Assembly: GCA_051294905.1 (NCBI GenBank)
Contig: CM119371.1
Location: 9,736,001-9,800,000 of the forward strand
Direction: 5' to 3'
Source of the DNA: Botryllus schlosseri
Lineage: Eukaryota
DNA length: 64,000 nt
Part shown: positions 1 to 14,300 of the stretch, one piece after another
How positions within the stretch are numbered: the first letter of the stretch is position 1
How the letters are laid out: every line of letters begins with the position of its first letter
Position numbers and translations under genes: made by a program
Notes under the pieces: model-generated
What the model was told of the DNA's origin: nothing
Database searches by the model: none
The model's input: only the letters and a program-made list of their open reading frames with translations

Positions 1-444
1 GTACGAGACAGACTCTGTTGTACGTCAGACAACAAAGCAGTTCACTGCCGCTGGGCACCGGTCCGTCGAATGTAGGATATACGCAGCGAATCTTACAAGT
101 AACCTTTTGGATTCATCCCATAAAAACATTGCCCTGCGTTATACCCGGTGGTTACAGACAAATTGTACAATTGATGAAAAACACGAACCGGTTGCAATTC
201 TGGAGGCGTGGATTTTATTCCAGCCTAGCGTACGTTTGATCTTTCGGATAATAAAACCGCAAAATAAACTATTTCCATGATCGACTTGAAGTTGTGACGT
301 CAAGTTGAAACGTACAATTTACGATTACCTTAACATTATAACACAAATAATGCTATAGCAGTGTCGTGTTATTATAGTAGGATTACAGATACGTTTTCAT
401 TTGGTTTCGAATCAATTGGGTACTGATATCGCCGGAGATAAGAA

Positions 445-1029
445 CAGGGTTGTAACCAACGCACAACGCTACAAGTCGCAAGTCAATCTCACGTTCATAG
501 TTTTGACTCGAGTGAAGTCGAGTCATTTTCAATTCACCACCGAGTTAGGTCCGAGTCCAAGTCAGCGAGCAAAGCATCGAGTCCGAGTCATGGTATTATG
601 ACTCGAGTCCGAATCCAAGTCATTGTGTTGACTGCTCAGTTTCCAGTTAAAGTCTTGTTAAACCCACATTTTATAACTCTGTTTTGTGATAGCGAATGGT
701 TTCCAATTATAATATACTAATTTTCGTCACTTTTGGCATTTCATAGTCGCATTTTCAAGTACCAGTGCCAATAGACGAAATCTCAATAGTGTGGTTACTT
801 CACTATTCTTCGAAATTACAATGAAATGTCGGTCTTGGCCGTCTGAGTCACATGACTTGGCTCGAGTCATGGGCAATGACTGGAGTCCGAGTCGAGTCAA
901 TACACAGGTTGACTCAAGTCGAGTCATTTCCGTATTTTGAGGAAATGACTCGAGTCAAGTCGAGTCATCACAAAATCGTGACTCGAGTCGGCCTCGAGTC
1001 GAGTCATGTCTCGAGTAATTACAATCCTG
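445..1029. mobile_element. hAT-like MITE with subterminal GACTCGAGTC/CGAGTC arrays
   Basis: TIR CAGGGTTGTAA / TTACAATCCTG (1 mismatch); TSD not recognisable; same internal motif as 46407-47362. Confidence 0.7.
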
Positions 1030-1372
1030 GGTTAGTTTCACCGTGGTCACAGAATCTAGCACTTTATTGTCAAGACTAGCTCACTATTCCAGCAATCCCA
1101 TAGTAATATCAAGCCCGTCCTGCTCATTATATGGAGAGAATGTCGGCATGGCATTTTGTCGGCAGACGTTTGTGTGGTCGTCACTTTTTTGAATTAGCAA
1201 GTTCAAAATATTATCTGCGGCCCGGTCAAAATCAAAATATGGCAATATATCTTAAGGTTAATCCATTCGCAACAATACATACCGCTGAAGGCCAGACGGA
1301 TAATAGTTGTGCAATTTGAGAAATGAAATCAGCAATGTCCAATCTATTATAACAACGCATACAGTTGTGCAT

Positions 1373-1995
1373 TAGGGTTCTTCAAAAATGAATTTATTTT
1401 TCTCAAATCGTACTGGCTACTTGATAACATTGTTAGGTTACCTAATTTAAGCCTACACACAAAATTTGGTTCAATTCCAGCCAGTAACCGCTTTGCTACA
1501 GGAGAAGAAAGTTTCTATTTATTATATAAAAATAAATGATAAAAAATTTGGAAACGATGCTCACCCAATTTGGTTCAATTCCAACCAGTGGAAGCGGAGT
1601 TCTTGCCGTCGAAAAATTTGGATTTCAATGAAATAGTATTTACTGTGACCGATTCTTTGTTTATTTATTATAGTTGTGCTCACCGTAGTTACTATTTTAT
1701 TAAAATCCAGATTTTTCGACGCCAATAACTCCGCTCCCACTGGTTGGAATCGAACCAAATTTGGTGAGCATCGTTTCCATAGACAGCCTAACAATTTCAT
1801 GGGGTGAACAGAAAATTTTCAAATTTTTTATTGTTCATTTTTACATAATATATAGAAACTTTCTTCTCCTGTAGCAAAGCGGTTACTGGCTGGAATTGAA
1901 CCAAATTTTGTGTGTAGGCCTAAATTAGGTAACCTAACAATGTTATCAAATAGCCAGTACGATTTGAGAAAAGAAGTCATTTTTGAAGAGCCCTA
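1373..1995. mobile_element. Foldback hAT MITE with long inverted arms
   Basis: TAGGG..CCCTA ends, arms inverted over most of the length, perfect 8-bp TSD TTGTGCAT (1365-1372, 1996-2003). Confidence 0.95.
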
Positions 1996-2245
1996 TTGTG
2001 CATACCATAGGGCGTAACAATTTCACACTTTCACGAACGGTTGCGTATATATTCGATCACAACATGGACCAACTGATGATAATGATACAACGCCAACTAT
2101 GGTCATCTACTGTATGTAAGCTTTCATTGATCTCATTGACAGTCGCAACTAAATGAAACAAAATGACGCAACGGTAAATTTTACTATGCAAGTTATCCTT
2201 GAATCCACTATCACCATAATCAGAAATTGCTGCATCTTAAATTGT

Positions 2246-2349
2246 TTATCGGTAAAATATCAGGAGAGTGGACGCGATGTCTTCTAATGAATGACCATAC
2301 GCCGATGACTTGTTGTGTGACGGTATATCGCCAGAAACACCGTACCATC
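2246..2349 (-). CDS. Gene A last exon (WYGVSG..YGHSLEDIASTLLIFYR*)
   Basis: TTTTACAG acceptor; ends in the intelectin-type LIFYR followed by TAA at 2248-2246. Confidence 0.95.
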
Positions 2350-5300
2350 CTGTAAAACGACGAAATTAAGTTATTGTCGCACATGATCTGCACAAAGAAA
2401 AGCTATTCATGGCTGAGGACGGTCAACGTAGAGGATGAACGTTGGTAGGCTACACAGGTAGAAGCGAAAGTGACTCATAAATTTGTAAGCTAACGTGGTA
2501 ACATGAGCAAATTTCTTCAAAGTGCGAGAAGGAAAAGAAGGTAAGTAATGTATCTCTATACAGCATGTTACACTAGAATATAAAAAGTGTGAGTTTAAGT
2601 ACTTTTGCCTGAAAAACTTTGATGTAGAAGTATACGTAGTCCCAATATATAGGCTACCCTCCTGAATAAGTACTGCAAGTCAGCAAAACCTACTAGAGTA
2701 CTCCAGGAAAGAGGTACCGGCTGCCTATGCTTGGTTGTAATAAAGCAACAAACATTGCAATTATTTGATATGGTGACGACAATAACAGTTAAGGCCATAA
2801 TCGTTGTGTTGTAATTTTGGTAAATTGCTCCCATCGTTCGTAGTCGATACTTTCACACCATTCAGTTCATACCATGCGTGAGGGTCTGAGGCTGGCCAAT
2901 GGCAATATCTGGAATTCGTAGTATGTCATTTACATGTAGTAAGTGCTATAAATGCGAACTAGAATCAAAATGAAACTAATTGACAGAATAATAATGAGCT
3001 TTTTGCTACTATACCAAGACAGCACTCCGTTACCCCCTCCAATACAAAAGTCTGTGCTTCCCATAGGGTGATCAAACACACTCTACATCAGGGGCGGGCA
3101 ACATACGGCCCGCGGGCCGGATCCGGCCCGCGACGGGTTTTTGTGCGGCCCGCCGACAGTTTTCGGTCTTATGTGATGATGAGGCCCGCGTCGCCGTTTA
3201 CAGGCATTTAGGCGCAAACATTTTCGAGCATGAACATTAGCAAGACAAAGTGACGTTCTAATATAACTGATGTTCACCGCATTGAAGTAGCCAGGGGCGA
3301 ATGTGGCCATGCCATTCCCCAATTTTTAGAGAATATTCGTGATATTTAAAAATAGTGGAATGTTTTCGGGCAGATGGATTCAAACTAAAAACATTTCGCG
3401 CGACTCAGTGCCTCTACGTACGTGTCTTGATTATGGAAATACAGTATCATAGATACACTAGAATAGCCCGAGGCCGTAGGGTAGCAGGAGTTTTCAACAA
3501 AGTAATTAATTATAAGGAACCCGCCCGAAGTTGATAATCTGCGATAAGCTCATGAATGTATATTCTTATGCCATGATCAATGTTCAAAATTATAATTATA
3601 CGTGCTGTAAATTTTCGAAGAAACCACTTGCCCATACACTCACCAATATAATTGATCAAATCCATTCATTTATGCAAAAATTTTCGCGCTTTGGGCGACT
3701 AGGGGCCAGATATACTGATTTTAGATCAAATTCATATCACCGATTTGGGCTCGCCCGTGAATCGGTCGCCCAATCAAGACATAGTTCGCAACTGCTGGAA
3801 TGTGTGCGTCTCTGAATTGTATGTACCAAGGGTAGTGCAGGGTAGGATGGACGGATCTGTGGCGCGTTCCCCTGGGGGGAGCTCCCATAAACTCATAAAA
3901 AAAAATCAGGAATATGGCCCGCCGCAAGTTCATGTTCCTCTATCCGGCCCGCCGGATGAAGAAGTTGCGCGCCCCTACTTTACATGTATCAAGTTCTCTG
4001 TAAACATGCAGCGGGCATTGTCAGCAAAGCTGTTCTCGACGATATTTTGGCAGCACAATTTGCTAAGTCTAATGATGGTCTGAACTTTATCAGTTTTTGA
4101 CTGTCGTGGCGTTGCGGCTGGCCTGAAATGACATTTACTAAATATTTCGCCATATCCAAAAAGTCATTTATCATCTAGGGGTGGGTATTGCATTACAAAA
4201 TATAAACTCATATATGACTTTGTTCTCGCAACAAAGCCATATATTTGAGTTTATATTTTGTAATGCAATACCCACCCCTAGATGATAAATGACTTTTTGG
4301 ATATGGCGAACAAAACCACTTGCGTTATAATCGCCAATCAAATTATATTCAACAACAACTAAATATGTAATTTAAGAATTTTCTAATTCTTTTGGGCCCC
4401 CTCTCAGCTAGTCTTTCAATTAGTGGGTTAGGGAGCATCAGCTACGGTCCAGTATATATGTTAGAGCTCGACTACAGCATTCGGCACGGTGCCGGGAAAT
4501 ACAGCCTGAGATTGATCAAGTACTTCATCGCAGAAAAAGACACAGAATAATTTGACTGTTGCGAGGATTTTGCGCTAAGCACGAATGGAACAAATTGCAA
4601 TATTCTTATTGCTCATCGAGTCATTAACTGTAATAACGATGATTTTGATCTGTTCAATGAATTGACCCAATACGGATTTTACACTGCACCGTGTTTAGGC
4701 GGATGCCATATTTAAAACTACTATCCCTACCAATACATTACAATAACGGATTAGTGAAGCCATCAGATTAGCATATTCGTTGACCGTGTCCATGTCCATC
4801 TTAACGTTCTTCCACCAACCGATATTCGGTAAGAGACATTCAGTTACCTGCATAATCTCCACATGTGCCGTAAGTAGAGATGTCGTTCGAAACTCCTCCC
4901 ACACAAGCATATTCCGGCTGGACGCCCGTCACCCTACAATGCATTAGGTAAAACTATGTATATTCCAGATCTCATCTGCCTACATTGTCATTTGCACAAA
5001 GCGGCGTCAACAGGGCGATTAATGATCTGATGAACGCTTTCCGTACTTATGTCTCGCGACGCAAAGTACAAGCCACCTGCTGCTTCCTCTATCGGTTGTT
5101 AATCTACATTTCTCAGGGGATAAAATGCAGAATGAAAATGGTTTTAAAAATAGTCACGATCGGTTCTATATTAATGCTGAGAATGGGCACTACCGATAAT
5201 TGACATCAACAAGAATGACCAATGCAAAAAATGTAACTTACTGAAACGGCATTGTCGAGAAATTTATATCTGAGTATCGACACCGAATTAACAAAGCTGT

Positions 5301-8300
5301 GATGCACTTACACAAGACCTGTACATATTCATGACAGGCCTGCATTGCAGATATTGCATTCACGGTAATGTTCATTTTCGGTGGTGTCAATTCTCGGTAA
5401 TGTCCATTCTCTATGGTGTCCATTCCCGGCAATGACATATTCTAGGTTATTTTTTATCGGTACTGACCAGACACCGTCACGATCATTTCATGTCGCATTG
5501 CATATTGGAACGAGGTCGTTTGACGTAAAGACTATGAAACTATAGGAAACTACAAAATGGCAGAACGTGCTAAGCAGGACTGTGATCAAATTTCAGGGTA
5601 GCCTATGCATCCATCGATAGGAGATCTATTCAATTTGGTTTATCTTCTCTGCGGCAAACTGTACAGTGTACATGTGATTAATCCAAAACACAATGTTATA
5701 TGGAAATCGTAAGGGCTTATTTGACAGAATAACTCTAACCAATCTGTTCATCCTATGTAATTTACATAACCTGCAAATCATAAATGGCATAACCTATTCA
5801 ATTGTTTTATTTACATGACGACTAATAGAATGACAATTGGGGTGTAAGGTGATTGATTTCTACCGCAATACATCTTCTCCCTTCCGTATGGTAAGCTACT
5901 TTAATGAGAGTTTTATACATGTGATAGCGTAGAATTACCATACTTTAGGATCCAAAAAAAGATACTTTCCTCATAAAGTTACAATAAGAGAAACAAAAGT
6001 TGGAAATTTATACAGACAATGCTGATCTTCAGGTAGATTGACTAAAAAAAACGACATTTGGGCGTTATCGGAAGACATAGGCCTACGGAATGTCGGTATC
6101 CTTATGATAGCATGTCTTCGCATTCACGGCAACCGCTACTCAAACACAAAAAATCGACCTCATACCAATTAGATCATCGAGGTGCTTCACCAATCTCTAT
6201 TCAGACACATTGTCTGCGGTTGTGTATCCAGTAGATTACATTATTCCCTGAAGCGTTGCCATCTCGTAACGACTATTAAGAGATTATTATACTGCATCCC
6301 AGGCTACGTAGCGCTATACAGTGACACATCAATGCTGCAAGAACCGTCATCAATTTATCAACTCGCTTTAGCGCTTGTACTTCTACGCAACCCGGATGAA
6401 TATCATAAAAAATGCATTCTGAAAGATATCGAATTATCCCTACCTTATACCAGGGCATAATGCATTTGCATATCCGTTTAGGTTATACGCTCGGAATTGC
6501 AGATGTCCGCTTTGGACCTGAGGCCGCATCTCAGTGGGAATCTTTTCATTCAAGGCTTCGATTGATCCTTGGTCAAAAGTCACTGGTACCGTGACAGAGT
6601 CAGCGTCCGATTGAGCTGCAGCGAAAGTTTGATATAACTACTTGACACGATGAGCGTGGACGTTGGATTGGGCTGGGCTAACTAATTGGCTAATGTAGTC
6701 ACTCCGCGAATGTAGTGACTGCTACAGTGCTACGGAGGTTACATGTCTGCGCATCTTGTAAATATTTTTTGGTAACTGTGAATTTTCGCTCATTGAATGA
6801 GAATACAGCTTCAAATCCAGACAATTATGCAAACATTTCGAAGTTATCCTGATTGTGAAGTAAAAAGCAGTTTAGGGATATGTTTGTCATACTTTACGGG
6901 TAAACTGGCTATGAACATCTTGGCGAAATAGATATTGTATTGCGATACCTAAATATACTTACTAAAATTGCACCGCTTCTTTATGTAGTATCATTAGTCA
7001 TTGCTCATTAGTCATTAGCAGGGCGATTTTTTTTTGCATGTCAAAAAGTCAATATTTTGTCAAAATTGTAGCGTTAGGTCAGATAATGGTCAGAATTGTT
7101 GGCAAAGTCCGAATTTGTATTGCAACCTGCATTTGGGTTATATCGTAGAAGTTTACTGCACTGTCGGTGAACTTATCTTCTGGCATTTTACAGCTTGTAG
7201 CCTAGCCTAATTTATAGGTCTACTGTCATTGTCAGTGATTCCCAAGCGCGACCCCGAGGGCCGCATGCGGCCCTCAGAAAGCCTTCTTGCGGCCTTCAAA
7301 AATATATAGAGAAATCGATCTATGACAAAAAAAAATTATATTTTTAAAATACTCTAGCTTAGCTTGGTATCTGTAGTTTTGAATTATAGAATTGCAGGAA
7401 AGTTGTGAGTATAGACTGCTAACGTTGCGTCATTGCTGTTTAAATGCAATGTGCCCTATCTTCCAGTTGAACCAGCAGTAGCTATAGACGTAAATAGGTA
7501 TTGATAACTATCAAAACCCGGATAAAATCCTGAAAAAATGGTAAATTTTAACCTCTTCGTGGTCGCTTGACTAAAAAAGAAAAAGAGGCTCAACTCCCGG
7601 AAATTACAGTTTTTCTTTCACATTAACAGGTGGTTGACTGAAAAAACAGGTCAACTTTCCGGTCCAGCTTCCGAAATAGCGTAGCGTTCCTACAGTGCTG
7701 ACTTGATGTATATCAGTCGAATTCGGCTCTATATGTAACCAAAATCCTCAAAAAATAGAACAAAATCTCAAAAAGAACACATTTGGGCGTCCTCTGAGGA
7801 CACTTCAAAAAAATCCAAAAAGAGGACAAATCATCTTAAAAGAGGACGTATGGTAACCCTATTCTGAAATCATATGTGAAAACACCTAATTTACTTACAT
7901 GTGGGTAGATTTTTTTCAATATGAAGATTGTTAAAGCAAAAAAATTTCTCAAAGTTTTGATTTTTAGGTCAAGATCCTGCATTTTAAAGTAAAAAAAATC
8001 GAACTAGTCATTAGTCATTTTGAGGTTTGCGACCCTTTGATCGGATCTACTTTATGCAACTGTCTAATACGATTTCTGCTTCCAAATGAAGTAGCTTTAT
8101 TTTTTTTTAAATCACTACTGCTGCTGGGCAGAATTTGATGGAGCGATCGTTTGACGAAATTACAGAATCACAAATGCTTGTAGTAAATTAGAGGATCCGT
8201 GGACCTGCGGCTGAGAAACACTGGTTGAGACCATATACCAGGGGTCTGAAACCTTTTTCGTCCGAAGAGCCATAGCGGACCCATATTTTCCATTTTAACT

Positions 8301-11300
8301 CAGAAAGAGCAATACAAGACAACCAACTGTTATGTCACGATTGAGGATTTGTGACGTCATCGTAGCACCAATTCGAATTCACTACATGGCAGTTGTCCCG
8401 TGCGCCATATATTCTTTGTTAAAACTCGTACAAATCATGGTGGTTGTCTCAATCGAGTATGCGATACTTGACTTCATAGATATTTTGGAAGTAACATCTT
8501 TTCATTTGTATTACATTGAGATCGATATTATAGTTTTCGAAGCTTAGACAAATATCAGTTAGATTTCCAACAGATTTAGACAACAGTTAAATTATGCGTT
8601 TACTATTTGCAACTTTTTACAGTCAATGCTTCTTTTGGCGTTGCATGGTGTTTCTGATGGCTTTGTAGTCTGGTTGACGTTGAGAATAAGATTCATACGA
8701 AATTTGAGGCTTTCGTCAGTTATGTGAGATCGTACGTCCGTCTTGATCCTCCTCTTACATGCGAGGACCCATGATGACATGCGTAGGTGGAGCCAAACAT
8801 GGTCGCTACAGCAGTAAATACCACTGTAAGGTGCGATACGTCAGTGACAGGGGATCAGGGGAGGCGAGTGAAGGAGGCATTGCCTCACTTGTCGTCAGGA
8901 TGAGTGAGCGAAAATTGTGAGTCATTCAATGATTATTGGTATTTTCTATTGATGTTCATATTGTTCACGGATGACAAGATATTTTAAATTATTTTATCTA
9001 AATCTCGCAACTTGCGTATTTATTGTTCGGAAATAAAATGTGAAAGGAGATTTGAGGCACAGGTGGGCAGAGCTAGGCCGAGCTTTGCTGGTGTTAGTGC
9101 AATTCATCGTAAACATAATAGAAGCTGTAATAACTGATATCAATTGAATGTGATTGTCGCACTGATTCCAATTAGACGTCTCATTTCTCAAAGTATTCGG
9201 CGGTAAAATAAAGTGGCTCGAATCGACACGCTTACATTTTAACAGTGGCACTACCAAACTAACCAACCAATCAAGAACGTGAATACCTAAGGCGTTGTTT
9301 GTAATTTTGTAATTGTGAATCTCACTTCCACGGCAGTTCATTTCGTTTCATAGATCAGAAAGAAAATGTGTTTGAAAACTGCATTTTGACACCGGCGTCG
9401 TCTTGAGAGCCATATTCTCTTCGATCATTCAACGTATCGTGCAATCCAGGATATCGAAACGGGTATAGGCTACCGAATCCACGAGTGATATTGGTCGCCG
9501 GCGCAGCAGCAACTTAAACTTGAGGATTTTGTAAAGGTGGTCCGAGCCTCTAACCGTGTATTGACCTCTCAGAGACATGTTTATACTGCGAATTATGCTG
9601 GTCGTGCTGAAATTGTAATACCAAGCTGCTGCAATATTGATAAATTAAGTAGGCCTACAAAAATGAAAATTTGGAAAAGAGCCATAGGTTCCCGACCCAT
9701 GTCATATAATATGACCCTCATATTTTAATGTTCTATCCTAAACTGTAATCAACACAACGACAGATTATTTCCTCGGGGCACGGAAACTAGGTGTGGTTAT
9801 GTACATACAACTGAGATTGGGTTCCTTAATAATAGGGATGTTTTTTAATTGCTGATCGCTGTACCTTTTCCAGAAGTACACAAAGTATACAACTTCGTGA
9901 CACATCACCATAATATATTCAAGTACTTGCAGCCTACCTTTCATCAGGTCGTGCTGAAACGTGTGGACACTTTTCAAAATCGTTTCTGCAACTGCGTCAA
10001 CATCGGATTTCGTATAAATCATCCCGTTGTCTCTGCAATAATATTACTTAAACTTGATGCACGTAAATCATCACTTCGAGTCGTAAAATTCGCTACCTCG
10101 AAAGTAGTATATATCCAAACAGTATTCGGGCAGGGGATCCTTCAATTTTATATTCACCTGATATAGATCCAAAAGAGCTAATATAGAGAAAACTTTCCTG
10201 TAGCGCCGATGGATGTTTGGAATTCCACACCTTTTAACAACAATTTTCTGTGTGTATGAATTAATGTCTTTGTATTTCGATCCAAGGATGGCATAAGCTC
10301 GAAAGTGTATTGCGAGCTGGATGAACTCAGCCGTTCATGTAACATGCCTGCGCTATAAGTTTATATTAAGTATTGAATATTAATATTATTCAGTATATTT
10401 AAGAAATATGACGATCAAATATCACAACTGCACCTACCTACTTCTTCCTAATTGTAGACAAAACAATTCACAACAAAAACAATTGCAATCTTCGTCAAAA
10501 TTAAATGTATTACTTTCCAAATACATTCAGATTTAAAAAAAATTAGCGCTCGTACCCCTTGAGCTGTCATAAAGTATTTTTCCTACTCCCTATCCAGAAT
10601 TGAAACAGCTGGACTTGGGCTCCCATAAGGTTTTCAACATAACTTATTCGGATTTCAGGGACACTAGGATTCTCAGCGACTGGAGATATTGATATCGAAG
10701 TTTGCGCCTATGCGCTGTGATTTTAGTGTCGAAATGTAAATCGCCGCCGCCGGTGCATCGAAATGTCATTGGTATTGGAGTGTTATGGGTTGGAAGTTAC
10801 GGCCAGCACCAAAATGTGGGAGTATGATATAGTGCCGGCTCAGCAGGCCAACCACTGAAGCATCCTTAAGGTATCAAAGTATCATTCGCTCATAATTGCG
10901 AAAACCTCGAGATTCATATCTGCAACTTATGTTGTATTTTTTAGTTTAAACCTACCATTATTTTGTCGGAGGGAATGTCGTATTCAAATGTGAAGTCATA
11001 ATGTACTAGAGAGGGAATCACGCTAAGCGCAAAGAAACATTGAGTTTGTGGCGACACCATGTGCCACCACCACTCCGGTAATCGAAGCGTACAGTGCTTT
11101 CTCTTATGTTCATGTCGCTTTATATATAAAGCCGTTGAATGTGCTTTTGTTCAGTTCGCTCAAGTGCTGCCTACAATAAACTTGTTGCCCGCTTAAAGTT
11201 GAAGAAATCCGACCAATAATATTCCACTTTATGTTAATTTACAAAATAATATGCGTAATTAAATAACGTTTAATAGCACACTGCATCTCGTACCCCCTAC

Positions 11301-14300
11301 TTTGGTGCTTCGTACCTAGGGCTGCATTTCAAACAAATGATTGTTTAAAACACTTTTTTCAGAACATCTTTTAAACAGCGTTTTAAACATGTTGTAAGGG
11401 CCTACAGACGATTACCACCCGATGTAGCCGACATATACGATATGGGGTGGTTGGAACCCTCAGAGCTATATTTACCCTATATTTTCACTTGTCAATGAAA
11501 ATTGACTATGACGTCACAATTGAATATTCCTGACGTCACGGCTTCTAAAAAAACATAAAAAACGTGTTTTAAACAAGGGACTTGTTTTGAAAATGTTTGT
11601 TTTAAATTTATTTCTGTTTTAAATGCAACCCTATTCGTGCCCCCAATAGATCCTTGGACATCTGTTTAAGAACTGCTGGATATAGTTTTGCTATGTATGG
11701 TGATCATATAGTAGTCATGCATAAAAAGAAGTGGTAAACTTTGTTAACGAAGTATATAGAATCATTATTAAACTGTCTCCTACCATCGTGATATACAAAT
11801 ATGAGGTTCTGTCATTAGTAATATGTATTTGAAAAGAGCAAACCTCGGTACTCGAGACGTAGAAGGAAAAGCGGCACTCGGTTTTTAGTTTCTGACTCGG
11901 TTCGTAGAACTGATTCCCGCGATAGTAGATCTCGAAGTTTCCAAGTTTCCGAGTCCCCGTGAAGTTACTGGTATTACTTTTCTCGCCTTCTATTCTGTTC
12001 GAGTACACCTGTTGGACGAATACAAACAGATATACCTAGATATAAATTTGCAACGTCTATTATTCATTTCAAGGTCAACCAATCATTTTAAACGACAGGA
12101 GATAACGCGGAAAATTTTATATTATAAAATAGTGATTCGCCGCCGTCTTCATATATGCTATAGCTTTATTGCCTTTTAACATGTCACTCTGTATTCTTGA
12201 GAGAGTCGAGTTCGGAACATGAACAAAATTTTGAATGGTAATGCGTGAACTGAACTCGTATGCTGTGTAAGCTGGATCGAAAATTCGTTTAATTCTAAGC
12301 CTGCTGCTTATCTATCTGCCGTTAATACGCAGTCTACGAACGCAGTATGCTTAAACAAGACAGAAAGTCAATGTAGCAAAGTGCGTCGTACTAATTGAAG
12401 TTACAAGGATTTACTGATTCCTTATGCTATAGTTTCGACAAAATCTACTTCTTTGCCATTGTTACATTACACGCGGTCTATGCTACCAGTTGCTACGTGC
12501 TGCGTTTCCAATCCGTACTTCGCAAAGAAGTCATACCCTGCTAGTGATTATCTCTCATCATCACCCATAAAAAATGAACGGCCATGTCATAAAAAGAAAG
12601 GAGTGGGCTGAAGCGCGAAGATCCAAGAAAATTTGGATCACTCAATATTTCTTTACTGGAGCCAGATGTGAACCCTTTCATTTACTTTGTGGCGAACATA
12701 TCGCGGTGTTTAAGGAGTATAACTTCAGTCATAATTTAAGCATCATCACAAAACCACGCGGACTTAGCTAAGCAACAAGGCTATTTTACCAAGTTACACA
12801 CTGTTAGGTAGGCAGCGTGCGACCAAGACAAACTTTTTATATCCTCAATATATTTAGGTATTTTATTAGAATCACGTGTTTAGGGGTAATGTGATTATAA
12901 AAGAACACTCCTTGTTAAAAATTGTTTTGGATAATGACGCGAAATCAATATCATTTTTGTAAATAAAGATCTACTTCCTTTTACCTAATAAACACATCCA
13001 CTCAGTTGCTTGTGTTAACTATGTATTTCACTGCTTTCAATTTGGAATTAAAATTATTACGCCGGGCAATAAAGTTTTACTTTTTCAGTCAGCCCGTCAG
13101 CGTATTTTCCGCTTTTCATTTGGCCAAATGGAAAAAGTAATTTCCCACCCCTGCCCTGACATTTAACACGTGATATCATGCATTTGGTGAAAATGCATAC
13201 TTTCCGTTGTCTATCGACATATGGAGTATATAATGAATTTGTAACTATATATTATTTAGCTTTATATTTACTCACTTGTATTGCGTAGTCACTGCTATAT
13301 CCGTCATCGTTTCTTACTAATATCAATGCCATCGATGGGGATGTCAAAGTGCTGAATGATGTTGATTGACACGGCCAGCTGGAAGAATTGAGATGCATAT
13401 GACATTTATCAGCCATTGTATCATAAAAATAATTCAGTATGATTGTTATTGCTATTAGAATATACGTATTTAAATGTCACTCTTCACACGAACAGCGTCA
13501 TCTCATCATGCTTTACTTTTAATTTCAAATATAATATAATGTTGATGATAACTACATGCAGAAACATTCACATAAGCATTGAAACGAGAAACCCTCTTAA
13601 ATGCTACTGCAGGGATAACGGTAATTGCTATTTTCTCTGGTTTTAACAATGATTAGTATGGAGTGAAAAACTTGTTTAGTTCGTAAACTCCAAAGAATGA
13701 ATGAATCAATTAAAACCACGAAAACCTCCTCGTTTAGTATAGGTCATACCGTCTTTCTAGTGTATAGCGGTGATTCTTGACAATTGGATATTTTTCCCCA
13801 AAGCTGTTATTCTGCATTTCGTGAGGGAAGTTTAAATCAAATTCGTCTAAAGCAAGCTTGTCCACACTGGATTAACATAAACGTTCTTCGTTGTACTAAT
13901 TCCGAAGGAACTCCAAAATTTTGTGAATATTCCAATTACAGTATTAATCAATTGTATACGACAGAGCTGATCATTTATTTTTCTCAGCGGGCCAATTGTG
14001 CAGTGGAGAATACGATGGCGGGTCTGATAAATTTTTTAGTTATATTGGCTTACGAATTTTAATTTTCCTTCCAAATTGCATTGTTATTGAATGCTGCTCA
14101 GTGAATGTGATAATGCTAGGTAATGCGAAATTTACGGTTGATTGAAGAAATATCTATTTGCCGTCATGATTCGAGGCAATGTTAAGCACGATACATGCTC
14201 ATTTAACGTCGTTCAACTATCTTTAAACCCGTCTCCACGTTCTACTAATAAGACACTAAAACACTGGTTCTCAAAATTTTTCAGGCACGCCCACCTATAT

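Noticed and set aside
11844..12008. HYR-domain call from the ending ECRFSFYV
   Set aside because: Neighbouring exons lack HYR N-terminal motifs and the conserved sequence continues through VWNSKHP..GYILLSR. It is better treated as one larger unnamed module.
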